A stretch of DNA of 64,000 bases from Chloroflexota bacterium (lineage in GTDB: Bacteria; Chloroflexota; UBA11872; VXOZ01). Below the pieces are notes generated by a model that saw only the letters and a program-made list of their open reading frames with translations, made no database searches and was not told the origin of the DNA. This document shows positions 40,729 to 51,139 of the stretch, piece after piece (positions within the stretch are counted from its first letter, which is position 1; each line of letters starts with the position of its first letter). Made by a program: the position numbers and the translations under genes. The stretch is taken from assembly GCA_963662335.2 (NCBI GenBank), contig CAXXVD010000002.1, positions 1 to 64,000 on the forward strand, in the 5' to 3' direction.

Positions 40729-41799
40729 ATGGCCGAACGGTTGCAGATCGAGGTCACGCGCGGCGCGCTGGTGGAGAGCGTGCACTATGCGCACGCGGCG
40801 GTTGCGGACGCCGCCGGCAATCTCCTCTTTGCCGCCGGTGATGGGGAACGGGTCACGTTCCTGCGGTCGTCGGCCAAGCCGTTGCAGGCGCTGGCCATGG
40901 TGGAGAGCGGCGCGGCGGCGCGCTTTGGACTTACCGACCGCGAGATAGCCGTCACCTGCGCCTCGCACTACGGCGAGCCGTTCCACGTGGAGGCCGTGCA
41001 GAGCATCCTGCAAAAGATCGGCCTGGATGAAGAGGCGCTGGCCTGCGGCACGCATCCGCCGACCCACGCGCCCAGCGCGGCGGCGCTCATCCGCGCCGGC
41101 GAGCCGCCGCGCAAGATTCATAACAACTGCTCCGGCAAGCACGCCAGCATGTTGGCGCTCTGCCAACACGCCGGCTGGCCCGTCGCGGACTACACCGCGC
41201 CGGAACATCCCGTGCAGCAGCGCCTGCGCCAGGTGGTGGCGGCGGTGTCCGGCATGTCCCCGGACGACGTCTACGTGGCCGTGGACGGCTGCAACGCGCC
41301 GGTGTTCGCCCTGCCGTTGCGGCGGATTGCGCGGGCGTTTGCCGTGCTGGGGCGGCCCGACGGGCAGCACACCGACGGTGGGCAGGCCGTCGGCCTCTCG
41401 GCTGCGCGCGCCGCCGCGCTGCGCCGCATCTCGCGGGCCATGCGCGCGCACCCGGAGATGGTCTCCGGCACCGGCGGCTTCACCACGGACCTCATGCGCG
41501 TGGCGGGCGAGAACATCGTCTCCAAGAGCGGCGCGGAGGCGCTCTTCTGCGCCGGCGCGCTCGCCGAAGGCTGGGGCATCGCGGTCAAGATCGAGGACGG
41601 CGACGCCCGCGCCCACCCGGCGCTGGTACCGCAACTGCTGGCGGCGCTGGGCGTGATCAGTCCCGCGCAACGGGACGCGTTGCGCGCGCTGCATCCGCCG
41701 TCGGTCCACAACACCGCCGGCGTAGCGGTGGGCGAGGTGCGCCCGCGCCTCACGCCAGCGGTTGCGGCACTGTCCACAGAATCAGCGTCGCCGCGATAG
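40729..41799 (+). CDS. L-asparaginase II (Rhizobium etli AnsA type)
   Basis: RGALVESVH, RSSAKP, CASHYGE, NNCSGKH, DGC, SKSGAEA, KIEDG. Confidence 0.9.
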   Translation: MAERLQIEVTRGALVESVHYAHAAVADAAGNLLFAAGDGERVTFLRSSAKPLQALAMVESGAAARFGLTDREIAVTCASHYGEPFHVEAVQSILQKIGLDEEALACGTHPPTHAPSAAALIRAGEPPRKIHNNCSGKHASMLALCQHAGWPVADYTAPEHPVQQRLRQVVAAVSGMSPDDVYVAVDGCNAPVFALPLRRIARAFAVLGRPDGQHTDGGQAVGLSAARAAALRRISRAMRAHPEMVSGTGGFTTDLMRVAGENIVSKSGAEALFCAGALAEGWGIAVKIEDGDARAHPALVPQLLAALGVISPAQRDALRALHPPSVHNTAGVAVGEVRPRLTPAVAALSTESASPR

Positions 41800-42505
41800 C
41801 GCAGACCGCGCCGTATTCCACCACCTGCGCGAAGCCGAATTTCCTGGCAACGTGCGCCTGGATGAGCCCAAGCGCGACGTGAACGTGCAGCAGCAGGGCC
41901 AGCGCCTCTTGCAGCGTCGGCAGCGGCCAGTAGTTGAGCGCCCACGAGACCTCGCCAACGACAACCGCCACCAGCAGGCTGTAGCGCAGCGCCGCTCCGC
42001 GCGGGATGTTCCGGTGCAAGAGCACGGACATGCTCGCGGCACAGGCCGCGGCCCCGGCCAGCGCCGCGTACAGCACCAGGTTGAGATCCCAGGTGCTGAA
42101 GGTGGCGCAGAACATGAAGAGCGTAACGTAGACAACCGCCTGGTTGGGCCACGCGGCCGTCTCCGCGCCGCGCTGGGCGCTGCGCCGGTGATAGTCCACC
42201 AGCGCCAGCAGGAAGAGCAGGCCGAAGAACGCGCAGCCGATGAGGGACGCGCGTTCGTCGGGGATGATCCGCCAGAAGAGGATGTTGGCCAACGTGAGCA
42301 GCAACGGCGTCAGCAGCCGCGCGGCCTCGCCGCCGCGCGGCGCCATCACCTGGCGCAGGGCCGCCGTCACGACGCCAAGCAGCACCACCACGGCCACGAG
42401 CAGCAACGGCATGGCCGCGCGCAGCGTGAGCAGCACGCCGGTGGTGGCCAGCGCGCTCAGCACGATGAGACGGTCGAATTGCAGCCGTTGGTAGAAATCT
42501 TGCAC
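41750..42505 (-). CDS. Polytopic membrane protein (DUF5656-like)
   Basis: About 8 hydrophobic segments; EVSWALNYWP and VEY recalled from this family. Confidence 0.6.
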   Translation of the reverse strand: MQDFYQRLQFDRLIVLSALATTGVLLTLRAAMPLLLVAVVVLLGVVTAALRQVMAPRGGEAARLLTPLLLTLANILFWRIIPDERASLIGCAFFGLLFLLALVDYHRRSAQRGAETAAWPNQAVVYVTLFMFCATFSTWDLNLVLYAALAGAAACAASMSVLLHRNIPRGAALRYSLLVAVVVGEVSWALNYWPLPTLQEALALLLHVHVALGLIQAHVARKFGFAQVVEYGAVCAIAATLILWTVPQPLA

Positions 42506-42549
42506 GATGCGCGGTTACTCCCAAGAGAGAAGCATAGCACGTTTCGCTT

Positions 42550-42578
42550 TTGACACGCTGGAGTCGCAAGGCTATACT
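42550..42578 (+). promoter_or_regulatory. Sigma70 promoter of tRNA-Cys
   Basis: TTGACA-N17-TATACT. Confidence 0.75.
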
Positions 42579-42621
42579 TGAGGCAAGGAAGAGGCGCGGC
42601 CTCCAGGCAACGCAGAGAGTC

Positions 42622-42696
42622 GGCGACGTAGCCAAGTGGTAAGGCGAGGGTCTGCAAAACCCTTATACAGCGGTTCGATTCCGCTCGTCGCCTCCA
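42622..42696 (+). tRNA. tRNA-Cys(GCA)
   Basis: GGCGACG/CGTCGCC acceptor, anticodon loop CTGCAAA, GGTTCGATTCC, encoded CCA. Confidence 0.96.
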
Positions 42697-42719
42697 GCAG
42701 TCGTTACCAGCAATCAGCC

Positions 42720-43105
42720 CGTCATGCCGGCGCAAGCCGGAATCCATCTGCGCCAGATGCCGCGCACGGTGTGCCGGACAGGGAACGGACCCTCATTGCT
42801 TCTGGTTCCCTCTCCCTGGGGCTATGGGCTCCCTCCTCGCGGCCTTGCCCCGCCGCCCCGTGCGGGGGACAAGCCCCCGCGCTACGATCAATCACTGCCA
42901 TGACAATAGCGCGGCTGCGTGCGTCATTCCCGCGTGCGCGGGAATCCATCTTCCCTGCCCACGCTCACCCCAGGCGGGGGACAAGCCCCCGCGCTACGTT
43001 AGTGCGACACCATCGGGGACAACCCCCCGCGGTACGTTAATGCGACAGCATTAGGGACAAGCTCAGCGCTACGGCCCTAGATTCCTCGCTTCGCTCGGAG
43101 TGACG
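42720..43105. repeat. Mixed REP cluster
   Basis: Several GGGGACAAGCCCCCGCGCTAC copies alternating with T(A)ATGCGACAGCATTA-like units, plus GTCAT..GAATCC palindromes. Confidence 0.85.
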
Positions 43106-43140
43106 AGGAATGGCGCCAGTGTGAACGGCAGCCGGGCCGT

Positions 43141-43935
43141 TTACACCAGGAACGAGCGGAGCACGTGGCGGAGCGCGGTTTGCTGTTGCGCGATGCGGTC
43201 GGGCAGGGGCAGCCGGCCGGGGGTCTCGAAGCCCACCACGCGCCGGATGACGCCGTGCCGCAGCAGGGTCGGTTCCAGAGCGCCTGAGCGGCCGGCGCGG
43301 ACAGAGCCGGGGTTAGAGACCACCAGGCCGCCGCGGTTGTAGTTGCCGTCCACGTGGTCCGTCGCGCATACCGGGTGGCCCGCCGCCGCCAGCGCGTCCA
43401 GCAGCGCCACGTCGTCGGCCACGATGCGCGCAAACAGCGCCCGCTCCCGCACGCCGCTCTCGTACATGTAGAAGCACGGGGACGTCACGTCCTCGTGCAG
43501 GGAGACCAGCAGTTCCGCCCGCTGCTGGCGCAGGAAGTCCAGCGCGATTTCGTTCTCCGGCTGGGCCGTGGGCCGGTCGAAGTGGCGGTTCAGGTCCACC
43601 ACGCCGTTGCCGCGAATGCCGCGGGCAAAGCCAACCGGATTGATGAGCGGCAGGCAGAGGAAGCGGACGCCCTCCAGATGGGCGTGGTTCGCCGCGTCTT
43701 CCCAGAACTGAAGCAGCGCCAGCGGCCCAGCGACTTCATCCCCGTGGGTGCCGGCCAGGATGATGGCGCTGCGGGGGCCGGCGCCCGCCGCCACCGCCAG
43801 CAGCGGGAACCGCAGGCCGAAGCGCTCAACCGCGCCGATCTCGGTCACGGAAAACTGGGGAAAACGGGCGCTGAGCGTCTGGTAGCGGCGCACCAGGTCA
43901 TGGACGCGGTTCGGGTCGCGGCGGGGCATCTTCAC
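43141..43935 (-). CDS. M14/succinylglutamate desuccinylase-like zinc carboxypeptidase
   Basis: AGTHGDE, INPVG, DLNR, SLHED, FETP. Confidence 0.85.
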   Translation of the reverse strand: MKMPRRDPNRVHDLVRRYQTLSARFPQFSVTEIGAVERFGLRFPLLAVAAGAGPRSAIILAGTHGDEVAGPLALLQFWEDAANHAHLEGVRFLCLPLINPVGFARGIRGNGVVDLNRHFDRPTAQPENEIALDFLRQQRAELLVSLHEDVTSPCFYMYESGVRERALFARIVADDVALLDALAAAGHPVCATDHVDGNYNRGGLVVSNPGSVRAGRSGALEPTLLRHGVIRRVVGFETPGRLPLPDRIAQQQTALRHVLRSFLV

Positions 43936-44544
43936 CTAGGCGCTGTCCTGACGCCCCTGCAAGGCGCTCGCGATGGTGCTCTCGTCGGCGTACTCCAGAT
44001 CCGCGCCGGTGGGCAGTCCCCGCGCCAGGCGCGTGATGCGCTGGGCGAACGGCGCCGCCACCTGGGCCACGTAACTGGCCGTGGTGTCGCCTTCGTGGTC
44101 GGCGTCCATGGCCAGGATCAGTTCCGCCACCGGCCGCTCCCGCAGCCGCGCCACCAGTTCGCCAATCTTCACGTCCTCCACGTTGCGGCCTTCCAGCGGC
44201 GAGAGCGAGCCGTGGAGCACGTGGTAGAGGCCGGCGTAAAGCCCGGTGCGCTCGATCGCCAGCAGGTCCAGCGGCTCCTCCACCACGCAGACGCGGGTCT
44301 GGTCGCGCTCCGGGTCCTGGCAGATGGGGCAGGGATCGCGCTCGCTGAGGTTGAAGCAGCGGGCGCACCAGACCGTCTGGGCGCGCAGGTTCATCAGGGC
44401 CGTTGCCAGGTTGCGGGCCAGGTCCGGCGAGGAACGGAGCAGATAGAACGCCAGCCGTTGCGCCGTGCGCGGGCCGATGCCGGGCAGCCGGGTTAACTCC
44501 TCGATGAGCCGCGCTACGGGCGCCGGCAGGCTCATCCGTGCCAC
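43936..44544 (-). CDS. recR: Recombination mediator RecR
   Basis: LPGIGPRTAQRLAF, C4 zinc finger, YHVLHG, GADLEYADEST. Confidence 0.96.
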   Translation of the reverse strand: MARMSLPAPVARLIEELTRLPGIGPRTAQRLAFYLLRSSPDLARNLATALMNLRAQTVWCARCFNLSERDPCPICQDPERDQTRVCVVEEPLDLLAIERTGLYAGLYHVLHGSLSPLEGRNVEDVKIGELVARLRERPVAELILAMDADHEGDTTASYVAQVAAPFAQRITRLARGLPTGADLEYADESTIASALQGRQDSA

Positions 44545-44562
44545 CGCTTCGCTTTCTCCATG

Positions 44563-44889
44563 CTAGAACATACCGGGGATATTCATCCCGCCCGTCACTG
44601 CCGAGAGGCGCCGGCTGGCAAGTTCTTGCGACTTCTCCACGGCGTCGTTGACGGCGGCCGCGAGCAGGTCTTGCAGCATCTCCAGCCCATCCTCGTCGAT
44701 CTCGCCCTCCGGCGTGACGGCCGCCTCCAGCACGCCCGGGTCTATCTGAACGGACTGGACCTGCTGGTGGCCGGTCATCACCACCGTCACCGCCCCGCCG
44801 CCGGCGGCGCCTGCGACCGTCTCGCGTCCCAATTCTTCCTGGATCTTCGTCATCTTTTGCTGCATTTGGCGCAGCATCTTCATCGACAT
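44563..44889 (-). CDS. ybaB: YbaB/EbfC nucleoid-associated protein
   Basis: AGGGAVTVVMTG, EMLQDLLAAAVNDA, TGGMNIPG; upstream of recR. Confidence 0.93.
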   Translation of the reverse strand: MSMKMLRQMQQKMTKIQEELGRETVAGAAGGGAVTVVMTGHQQVQSVQIDPGVLEAAVTPEGEIDEDGLEMLQDLLAAAVNDAVEKSQELASRRLSAVTGGMNIPGMF

Positions 44890-45122
44890 CTCCGGCTCTC
44901 CCTCGCTTGCGGCTGTGTATTCCCCAGCATACCAGATGGGCCGCGCCGCGAATAGGCGGGGCGCGCGTTCAAAGCGGCGGCTGTCACGCCGGCGCGGGCG
45001 GAGCCGTCCTTTACTTTTGCCGCTGGCATTGACTATAATGGTGCCAGACCACACGCGGCCCGGCGCGCGTGTCCGGCCTTGCGTGGCGGCGGCAATACGT
45101 GAGCGAAGATTAAGGATAGCCA

Positions 45123-46322
45123 GTGCAAGAATCACCAACGACCGAAGAAGCGGTAGCGACCGAAGAAGCGATGACGATGGAGTCTCTCCTGGGAGAGATC
45201 GAAAGCTCCATTCGCACGGTGCGGCGCGGAGACGTGGTTGAGGGCGTCGTGGTGCAGGCGGCCGCGGACGAGATCATGGTGGACATCGGCCTCAAGGCGG
45301 AAGGCGTCGTCTCCGGCAGAGAACTGGCGCGCATGGACGAAGCGGTGGAGATGGACGTCGGTGAGAAGGTGCTGGTCTACGTGGTGAACCCGGAAACCGC
45401 CGAGGGGCACGCGCTCCTCTCCATCCGGCGGGCCATGGCCGAGCGCGCCTGGCGGGAGATCGACGAGCGCTACCAGAACGGCGAAATTCTGGAAACGACC
45501 GTCATCGACGCCAACAAGGGCGGCGTCATCGTGGATATTGGGCTGCGCGGCTTCGTGCCCAGTTCCCAGCTTGTTTCCCTGGAGCGCCCCCCGAACCGCG
45601 ACGCCAGTGAAGAAGACCTGCTGGCGCGCCTCTCCGAACTCATCGGACGTGACCTCAAGCTGAAGATCATCGAGGTTGACCGCCGCCGCAACCGGCTCAT
45701 CCTCTCCGAGCGCCTGGCGGAGCGCGAGATGCGCGCCCAGCAGCGCGAAAAGTTGCTCAAGGAACTGGAAGTCGGCCAAACGCGCGAAGGCGTGGTGAGC
45801 AACCTGTGCAGCTTCGGCGCGTTCGTCGACCTGGGCGGCGCCGACGGCCTCGTCCACATATCCGAAATCTCCTGGAGCCGGGTGGAAGACCCCGGCGAGG
45901 TGCTGCAGGTGGCGCAAAAAGTAACCGTCTGCGTGCTCAGCCTGGACCACGAGAGCAAGAAGATCGGCCTCTCGATCAAGCGCACCCAGAAAGACCCGTG
46001 GGAAGGCATCGAGGCGCGGTACCCGGTGGGCAAAGAGGTGCCGGGCATCATCATCAAGATTGCGCCGTTTGGCGCGTTCGTGCGCGTGGAGGACGGCATC
46101 GAGGGCCTGGCGCACAATTCCGAAATGTCGCCCGAGGGGCGCGACCTGCTGCAAGAAGGGGTGGAACTCACCTTCCGCGTGCTCAGCGCCGACCCCCAGC
46201 GCCACCGCATGAGGTTGTCCCCGCTGGACTTGGAAGAGAAACTGGCGCACCTGAGGGACGCGGCGGACGAGGAATCCGCCCTGGACGAGGCTGAGGAGGA
46301 GCGCCCCACGCAAGAGGACTAG
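45123..46322 (+). CDS. rpsA: 30S ribosomal protein S1 (four S1 domains)
   Basis: VDIGLKAEG, NKGG..RGFVPSS, FGAFVDLGGADGLVHISEISW, FGAFVRVEDGIEGL. Confidence 0.92.
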   Translation: MQESPTTEEAVATEEAMTMESLLGEIESSIRTVRRGDVVEGVVVQAAADEIMVDIGLKAEGVVSGRELARMDEAVEMDVGEKVLVYVVNPETAEGHALLSIRRAMAERAWREIDERYQNGEILETTVIDANKGGVIVDIGLRGFVPSSQLVSLERPPNRDASEEDLLARLSELIGRDLKLKIIEVDRRRNRLILSERLAEREMRAQQREKLLKELEVGQTREGVVSNLCSFGAFVDLGGADGLVHISEISWSRVEDPGEVLQVAQKVTVCVLSLDHESKKIGLSIKRTQKDPWEGIEARYPVGKEVPGIIIKIAPFGAFVRVEDGIEGLAHNSEMSPEGRDLLQEGVELTFRVLSADPQRHRMRLSPLDLEEKLAHLRDAADEESALDEAEEERPTQED

Positions 46323-46396
46323 CGGGCCGGCCGCGGCGCCGGACGTTCGCGCAGCGCCGCTTGCGCCGCGCGCGGCAGGGACCCAGGAGCATTGCC

Positions 46397-47122
46397 GTGA
46401 GTCCCATATACGACAAATACACGGAGCGCGCGAAGCGGACTCTCGCACTGGCGACGGAAGAGGCGCGCCGGTTCAACCATAACTACATCGGCACCGAGCA
46501 CCTGTTGCTGGGGCTGGTGCGGGGGGAAGAAGGCATAGCCGCGCGGGTGCTCGCCGACCTGGGAGTGGACATCGGCAAGACGCGCAGCGCAGTAGAATTC
46601 ATTATTGGGCGCGGCGACCACGTAAGAGTCGGCGACATCAGCCTGACGCCCCGCGCCAAGAAGGCCATCGAATTCGCTACGGAAGAGTCGCGCCGCCTGG
46701 GGCACAACTACATCGGTACCGAGCACATCCTGCTGGGCATGGTGCGCGAAGGCGAAGGGATTGCGGCAGGCATCCTGGAGACCCTGGGCGTAGACCTGGA
46801 CAAGCTGCGGCAACGGATTATCCAGGCGGTGGCAAGTCCCGGCGCACCGGCGCGGCAGGGCCTACCAGCCGCTACCGGAGAAGCGGCGCAACGCCAGGCG
46901 GCAGACCGGCTCGGTTACACGCCGGCCGCCAGGAAGGCGCTCAGGCTGGCGGCGGATGAGGCGCGCCGGTTGGGTCGCAGCGAAGTTGGCGCCGGCCACC
47001 TGCTCCTGGGCCTGGCGCGCGATGAAGAAGGTATCGCGGCAGGCATTTTGGTGAGTCTGGGCGTGAATCTGGAGCAGGTACGCCAACGGGTTATGCAAGC
47101 GGGGAACCAGGAACCGGAGTGA
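46397..47122 (+). CDS. Stand-alone Clp N-terminal (Clp_N) repeat protein, three repeats, no ATPase
   Basis: First ~145 aa nearly identical to the N-domain of the next gene; third repeat YTPAARKALRLAADEARRLG..HLLLGL; own AGGAG RBS and stop. Confidence 0.88.
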   Translation: MSPIYDKYTERAKRTLALATEEARRFNHNYIGTEHLLLGLVRGEEGIAARVLADLGVDIGKTRSAVEFIIGRGDHVRVGDISLTPRAKKAIEFATEESRRLGHNYIGTEHILLGMVREGEGIAAGILETLGVDLDKLRQRIIQAVASPGAPARQGLPAATGEAAQRQAADRLGYTPAARKALRLAADEARRLGRSEVGAGHLLLGLARDEEGIAAGILVSLGVNLEQVRQRVMQAGNQEPE

Positions 47123-47141
47123 TCCCAGGAGTGAATACGTC

Positions 47142-49607
47142 GTGAGTCCTCTGTACGACAAGTATACGGACCGCGCGAAGCGGGTGCTGGCGCTGGCGAC
47201 GGAAGAGGCGCGCCGGTTCAACCATAACTACATCGGCACCGAACACCTGCTGCTGGGGCTCGTGCGCGAAGGCGAGGGCATCGCCGCCAAGGTGCTCTAC
47301 GACATGGGGGTGGAACTCACCAAGGTGCGCGGCGCGGTGGAGTTCATCATCGGGCGCGGCGAGCGCGTGAACGTGGGCGACATCAGCCTGACGCCCCGCG
47401 CCAAGAAGGTCATCGAGCTTGCCACGGAAGAAGCGCGCCGCCTGGGGCACAACTACATCGGCACCGAGCACCTGCTCCTGGGCCTGGTGCGCGAAGGCGA
47501 GGGCATCGCCGCCGGCGTGCTGGAAAGCCTGGGCGTGAGCCTGGAGAAGGTGCGCCAGCGCGTCATCCAGGCGGTCAGCCAGCAACCCTCGCGCCTGACC
47601 CACGAGAGCGGCGGCCGCCAGTCCACCTCGCGCACTCCTTTGATCGACCAGATGGGCATCGACCTCACCGCCGCGGCCCGCGCGGAGAAACTCGACCCCG
47701 TCATCGGCCGCCAGCAGGAAATCGAGCGCGTGGTGCAGATACTCTCGCGCCGCACCAAGAACAATCCCGCCCTCATCGGCGAGCCCGGCGTCGGCAAGAC
47801 CGCGATCGTGGAAGGCCTGGCGCAACGGGTGGTCGAGGGCGACGTGCCGGAAACCCTGCTGGGCAAGCGCCTGCTGACCCTGGACATCGGCGCGTTGGTA
47901 GCCGGCACCAAGTACCGCGGCGAGTTCGAAGAACGGCTCAAGAAGATTCTGGAAGAGATTCGCGGCTCCGGCGACTGCATGCTCTTCATCGACGAACTCC
48001 ACACGTTGGTCGGGGCCGGCGCGGCCGAAGGCGCGGTGGACGCGGCCAATATCCTCAAACCGGCCCTGGCGCGCGGCGAACTGCAATGCATCGGCGCCAC
48101 CACCCTGGACGAATACCGCAAGTACATCGAGCGCGACGCCGCTTTGGAACGCCGTTTCCAGCCCGTGCACGTGCGCGAACTCGACATCGAAGAGACGATC
48201 GCCGTGCTTCAGGGCGTCAAGGAGGCCTATGAGGAGCACCATAAGGTGCACATCGTCGACGAAGCCATCAAAGTGGCGGCGGAGATGTCCGGCCGCTACG
48301 TCACCGACCGCTTCCTGCCGGACAAGGCGATCGACCTTATCGACGAGGCGTCCTCGCGGGTGCGCATCCAGCAGGCCAATACCTCCAACGCGCTGCGCAA
48401 CGCGGTGAAGGACCTGGACGGCATCGTGCGCGAAAAAGAGGACGCCATCGAGGGCCGCCAGTACGACGAGGCGGTTGGGTTGGGCGAGAAAGAGGCCGAG
48501 TTGCGCAAGCAGATCGAAAACCTGGAATCGGACTGGCCGAACCAGGAAGAGAAGTGGCCCGAGGTCACCAAAGAGGACGTGGCGACCGTGGTCTCCATGT
48601 GGACCGGCATTCCGGTGACGCGCATCGCCCAGGAGGAATCCGACCGGCTGCTTCACATGGAAGAAAACCTGCACCGGAAAGTGGTAAGCCAAGAAGAGGC
48701 GGTGAGTAACGTCTCCAAGGCCGTGCGGCGCGCGCGCGCCGGCCTGAAAGACCCCAAGCGGCCGATTGGCTCCTTCATCTTCGTCGGTCCCACGGGCTCC
48801 GGCAAGACCTATCTGGCGCGGGCGCTGGCAGAGTTCATGTTTGGCAGCAGCGACGCTATGGTCCTCCTGGATATGTCGGAGTACATGGAGAAGCATACGA
48901 TCTCCCGCTTGGTGGGCGCGCCGCCGGGCTACGTGGGCTACGAAGAAGGCGGCCAACTCACTGAAGCGGTGCGGCGGCGCAGCTATTCGGTGGTGCTGCT
49001 GGACGAAATCGAGAAAGCCCACCCGGACGTCTTCAACGTGCTGCTGCAAATCATGGAAGACGGACGCCTCACCGACGGCAAGGGCCGCACGGTGGACTTC
49101 CGCAACACGATTCTCATCATGACCTCCAACGTGGGCGCGCACCTGATCAAGCGCGACGCCGCCATCGGTTTCAAGCTGGACGCCTCCGACCTGCGCACGG
49201 AAGACCAGATGTATAAGGAGATGCGGGAACGGGTGATGGCGGAGATCAAGAAGACCTTCCGCCCCGAGTTCCTGAATCGCGTGGATAGCGTCGTCACGTT
49301 CCGCCACCTCTCGAAAGCGGACATCATCAACATCGTGGACATCCAACTCGCCGAGGTGCAGGCCCGCCTCACCGAGCAGGAGATCACGCTGGAAGTGACC
49401 GACGACGCCAAGGAACTGCTGGTGGAACAGGGCTACGACCCGGACAACGGCGCGCGGCCGCTGCGGCGGGTGATCCAAAACCTGATCGAGAACGAGCTTG
49501 CCGAAGGCCTGCTGGCGGAGAATTTCCACGCCGGCGATACGGTGGTCATAGACCGCGACGGCGAGGCGCTGCGCCTGGACGTGCGCGTGCTGGTTGAGCA
49601 GGCGTAA
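47142..49607 (+). CDS. clpC: ATP-dependent Clp protease ATPase ClpC
   Basis: Two Clp_N repeats, [11 protein letters not shown]-type M domain, [11 protein letters not shown] ClpP loop. Confidence 0.95.
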   Translation: MSPLYDKYTDRAKRVLALATEEARRFNHNYIGTEHLLLGLVREGEGIAAKVLYDMGVELTKVRGAVEFIIGRGERVNVGDISLTPRAKKVIELATEEARRLGHNYIGTEHLLLGLVREGEGIAAGVLESLGVSLEKVRQRVIQAVSQQPSRLTHESGGRQSTSRTPLIDQMGIDLTAAARAEKLDPVIGRQQEIERVVQILSRRTKNNPALIGEPGVGKTAIVEGLAQRVVEGDVPETLLGKRLLTLDIGALVAGTKYRGEFEERLKKILEEIRGSGDCMLFIDELHTLVGAGAAEGAVDAANILKPALARGELQCIGATTLDEYRKYIERDAALERRFQPVHVRELDIEETIAVLQGVKEAYEEHHKVHIVDEAIKVAAEMSGRYVTDRFLPDKAIDLIDEASSRVRIQQANTSNALRNAVKDLDGIVREKEDAIEGRQYDEAVGLGEKEAELRKQIENLESDWPNQEEKWPEVTKEDVATVVSMWTGIPVTRIAQEESDRLLHMEENLHRKVVSQEEAVSNVSKAVRRARAGLKDPKRPIGSFIFVGPTGSGKTYLARALAEFMFGSSDAMVLLDMSEYMEKHTISRLVGAPPGYVGYEEGGQLTEAVRRRSYSVVLLDEIEKAHPDVFNVLLQIMEDGRLTDGKGRTVDFRNTILIMTSNVGAHLIKRDAAIGFKLDASDLRTEDQMYKEMRERVMAEIKKTFRPEFLNRVDSVVTFRHLSKADIINIVDIQLAEVQARLTEQEITLEVTDDAKELLVEQGYDPDNGARPLRRVIQNLIENELAEGLLAENFHAGDTVVIDRDGEALRLDVRVLVEQA

Positions 49608-49613
49608 GTCGGC

Positions 49614-51053
49614 GTGAGCAAGGCCAAGAGCGTCTTCGTCTGCGAACAGTGCGGCCACGAATCCCCCAAGTGGGCCGGCCAGTGTCCCTCGTGCCAAAGC
49701 TGGAACAGCTTGGTGGAGAGCGTGCAGCGCGAGGCGGCCCCGCGCGGACGGGGCGTCGGCGCGCGCTCGCCCGCCGGCGCGACCCAGGCCCGCAAGCTCC
49801 AGGATATAGCCCCGACCGACCTCATCCGCATTCCGGTGCCCATCGGCGAACTCCACCGCGTGCTGGGCGGCGGCCTGGTGCCGGGCAGCGCCGTGCTCCT
49901 CGCCGGTGACCCGGGCATCGGCAAGTCTACGCTCCTGCTCCAGTTTGCGATCGCGTTGGCGCACGCCGACCGGCCGGTGCTCTACGTTTCCGGCGAGGAG
50001 AGCGCGGGCCAGATTCGCCTGCGCGCCTCGCGGCTCGGTCTCGAGCCGCAGGAACTCTACGTGCTCGCCGAAATCGGCCTGGAGGACGTTCTGGACGCCA
50101 TCGCGCAGGTGCGGCCCGGGCTGGTCATCATCGACTCGATTCAGACCCTGGTGAGCGCGGAACTTAGCGGCGTGCCGGGCAGCATCGGCCAGGTGCGCGA
50201 GTGCGCCTCACAGTTGGTGGCGTTGGCCAAGCAGACGGGCGTCACCCTCTTCCTGGTCGGCCACGTGACCAAAGAGGGGTCCGTGGCCGGGCCGAAGACC
50301 CTGGAGCACATGGTGGACACCGTGCTCGCCTTGGCCGGCGACCAGCACCACAACTATCGCATTCTCAAGGCCACCAAGAACCGCTTTGGCTCCACCAACG
50401 AGGTGGGCATCTTCGCCATGCAGGAGCGGGGACTGGTGGAGGTTCCCAACCCCTCGGCGGCCTTTCTGGCGGAGCGGGAGCCGAATCCGGGCTCTGCCAT
50501 TGCCGTGCCGCTGGAAGGCTCGCGTCCGCTGCTGGTGGAGGTGCAGGCGCTGGTGACGTACAGTCCGCTGGCGGTGCCGCGCCGCATGGCCAACGGCTTC
50601 GATCAGAGCCGCCTGCACATGCTGCTGGCGGTGCTCACCAAGCGCGCCGGCGTGCGCCTGGCCGACCAGGACGTATACGTGAATGTGGTCGGCGGTCTGG
50701 AACTGGATGAACCGGCGGTGGACCTGGCAGTCTGCCTGGCGATTGCCTCCAGCGCGGCGGACGTGGCGCTGCCGGGCGATCTGGTCGCCCTGGGCGAGGT
50801 GGGCCTGGCCGGTGAACTGCGCAGCGTCTTCAAGCTGGAAGAGCGCGCGCAGGAAGCGGCGCGGCGCGGCTATAATCGGGTGCTCCTGCCGCGCGCGAGC
50901 AAAATCGGCGCGCTTGGCGCCGCGCGGCCGGCGTTATCCCGCGCCGAGAGCGTGCGGCAGGCGATACGGATTGCGCTGGGCAAAGGGCCGGCCGAGCGCC
51001 GGGAAGAAGGGCGGGAAGCCGCTGCGGCGCGCGCTTCGACAGGCTCAGCGTGA
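49614..51053 (+). CDS. radA: DNA repair protein RadA/Sms
   Basis: C4 zinc finger, GDPGIGKS, KNRFG. Confidence 0.96.
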   Translation: MSKAKSVFVCEQCGHESPKWAGQCPSCQSWNSLVESVQREAAPRGRGVGARSPAGATQARKLQDIAPTDLIRIPVPIGELHRVLGGGLVPGSAVLLAGDPGIGKSTLLLQFAIALAHADRPVLYVSGEESAGQIRLRASRLGLEPQELYVLAEIGLEDVLDAIAQVRPGLVIIDSIQTLVSAELSGVPGSIGQVRECASQLVALAKQTGVTLFLVGHVTKEGSVAGPKTLEHMVDTVLALAGDQHHNYRILKATKNRFGSTNEVGIFAMQERGLVEVPNPSAAFLAEREPNPGSAIAVPLEGSRPLLVEVQALVTYSPLAVPRRMANGFDQSRLHMLLAVLTKRAGVRLADQDVYVNVVGGLELDEPAVDLAVCLAIASSAADVALPGDLVALGEVGLAGELRSVFKLEERAQEAARRGYNRVLLPRASKIGALGAARPALSRAESVRQAIRIALGKGPAERREEGREAAAARASTGSA

Positions 51054-51139
51054 ACGGGCAGGACGACGGCCGGAGTGACGGAACGTAGCGCGGGGGCTTG
51101 TCCCCCGCTGGCGCGAGGAATACGGCGCTCGTGACGGAC

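Noticed and set aside
42975-43070. Possible CRISPR-like periodic repeat after tRNA-Cys
   Set aside because: The units are REP copies with similar linkers found elsewhere in the window.
47091-49964. Long antisense ORFs (957 aa here; also 13018-15171, 54727-56700, 56679-58322, 27280-28833)
   Set aside because: Mirror frames of real genes in high-GC DNA with no recognisable motifs.
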